Shown: positions 63,401-64,000 of the stretch, one piece after another
How the letters are laid out: each line of letters opens with the position of its first letter
Position numbering within the stretch: position 1 is the stretch's first letter
NCBI GenBank assembly: GCA_032718475.1
Contig: JAUCBJ010006705.1
Span: 1 to 64,000, forward strand
Reading direction: 5' to 3'
From: Nemertoderma westbladi
Lineage: Eukaryota > Animalia > Xenacoelomorpha
DNA length: 64,000 nucleotides
Made by a program: the position numbers and the translations under genes
The notes under the pieces: model-generated
Database searches by the model: none
What the model saw: only the letters and a program-made list of their open reading frames with translations
What the model was told of the DNA's origin: nothing

Positions 63401-64000
63401 GGAGGAAGCCTTGTTCTGGTACAATAAGGTAAGGTAGGAGGAAGCCTTGTTCTGGCACAATAAGGTAAGGTAAGGTAGGAGGAAGCCTTGTTCTGGCACA
63501 ATAAGGTAAGGTGGGAGGAAGCCTTGTTCTGGCACTATAAGGTAAGGTAAGGTAGGAGGAAGCCTTGTTCTGGCACAACATGGTAAGGTAGGAGGAAGCC
63601 TTGTTCTGGCACAATAAGGTAAGGTAGGAGGAAGCCTTGTTCTGGCACAATAAGGTAAGGTAAGGTAGGAGGAAGCCTTGTTCTGGCACAATAAAGTAAG
63701 GTAAGGTAGGAGGAAGCCTTGTTCTGGCACAATAAGGTAAGGTAGGAGGAAGCCTTGTTCTGGCCCAATAAGGTAAGGTAGGAGGAAGCCTTGTTCTGGC
63801 ACAATAAGGTAAGGTTGGAGGAAGCCTTGTTCTGGCACAATAAGGTAAGGTAGGAGGAAGCCTTGTTCTGGCACAATAAGGTAAGGTCGGAGGAAGCCTT
63901 GTTCTGGCACAATAAGGTAAGGTAAGGTAGGAGGAAGCCTTGTTCTGGCACAATAAGGTAAGGTAAGGTAGGAGGAAGCCTTGTTCTGGCACAGGTGGGA
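51480..64000. repeat. 36-bp satellite, right block (at least 12.5 kb; probably continues beyond the window)
   Basis: Same unit and variant pattern as the left block, resuming in register after the TSD. Confidence 0.99.

Noticed and set aside
13696-64000. Dozens of long minus-strand ORFs (LLCQNKASSYLT / PYCARTRLPPTL / IVPEQGFLLPYL repeats)
   Set aside because: Artefacts: the reverse complement of the 36-mer has no stop in any frame, and the frames switch at every 5-bp indel.

Overview
Repeat-dense metazoan (probably invertebrate) genomic DNA. About half the window is a 36-bp satellite (13820-32811 and 51480-64000). It is a tandem amplification of the last 27-28 nt of a coding exon plus its 5' splice site. 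That exon (13759-13847) joins in phase to an upstream MGCGGSS exon (6153-6249), giving the start of an N-myristoylated CAP-domain (GAPR-1/GLIPR2-like) host protein. Inserted antisense in the satellite is a recent 18.7-kb BEL/Pao LTR retrotransposon (32812-51479, 5-bp TSD). Besides gag-pol it carries a ~1417-codon accessory gene with a DEDDy 3'-5' exonuclease domain and zinc knuckles, preceded by structured RNA elements. A diverged relic of a related element (7485-11230: LTR plus the same accessory gene, no gag-pol) interrupts an IS3EU-type DNA transposon in intron 1 of the host gene. The left end holds a HECT-domain exon, a tRNA-derived SINE, and a decayed Penelope-like (RT + GIY-YIG) element with a 51-bp array and a hammerhead-like motif. 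All calls come from reading motifs by eye; no database searches were run.
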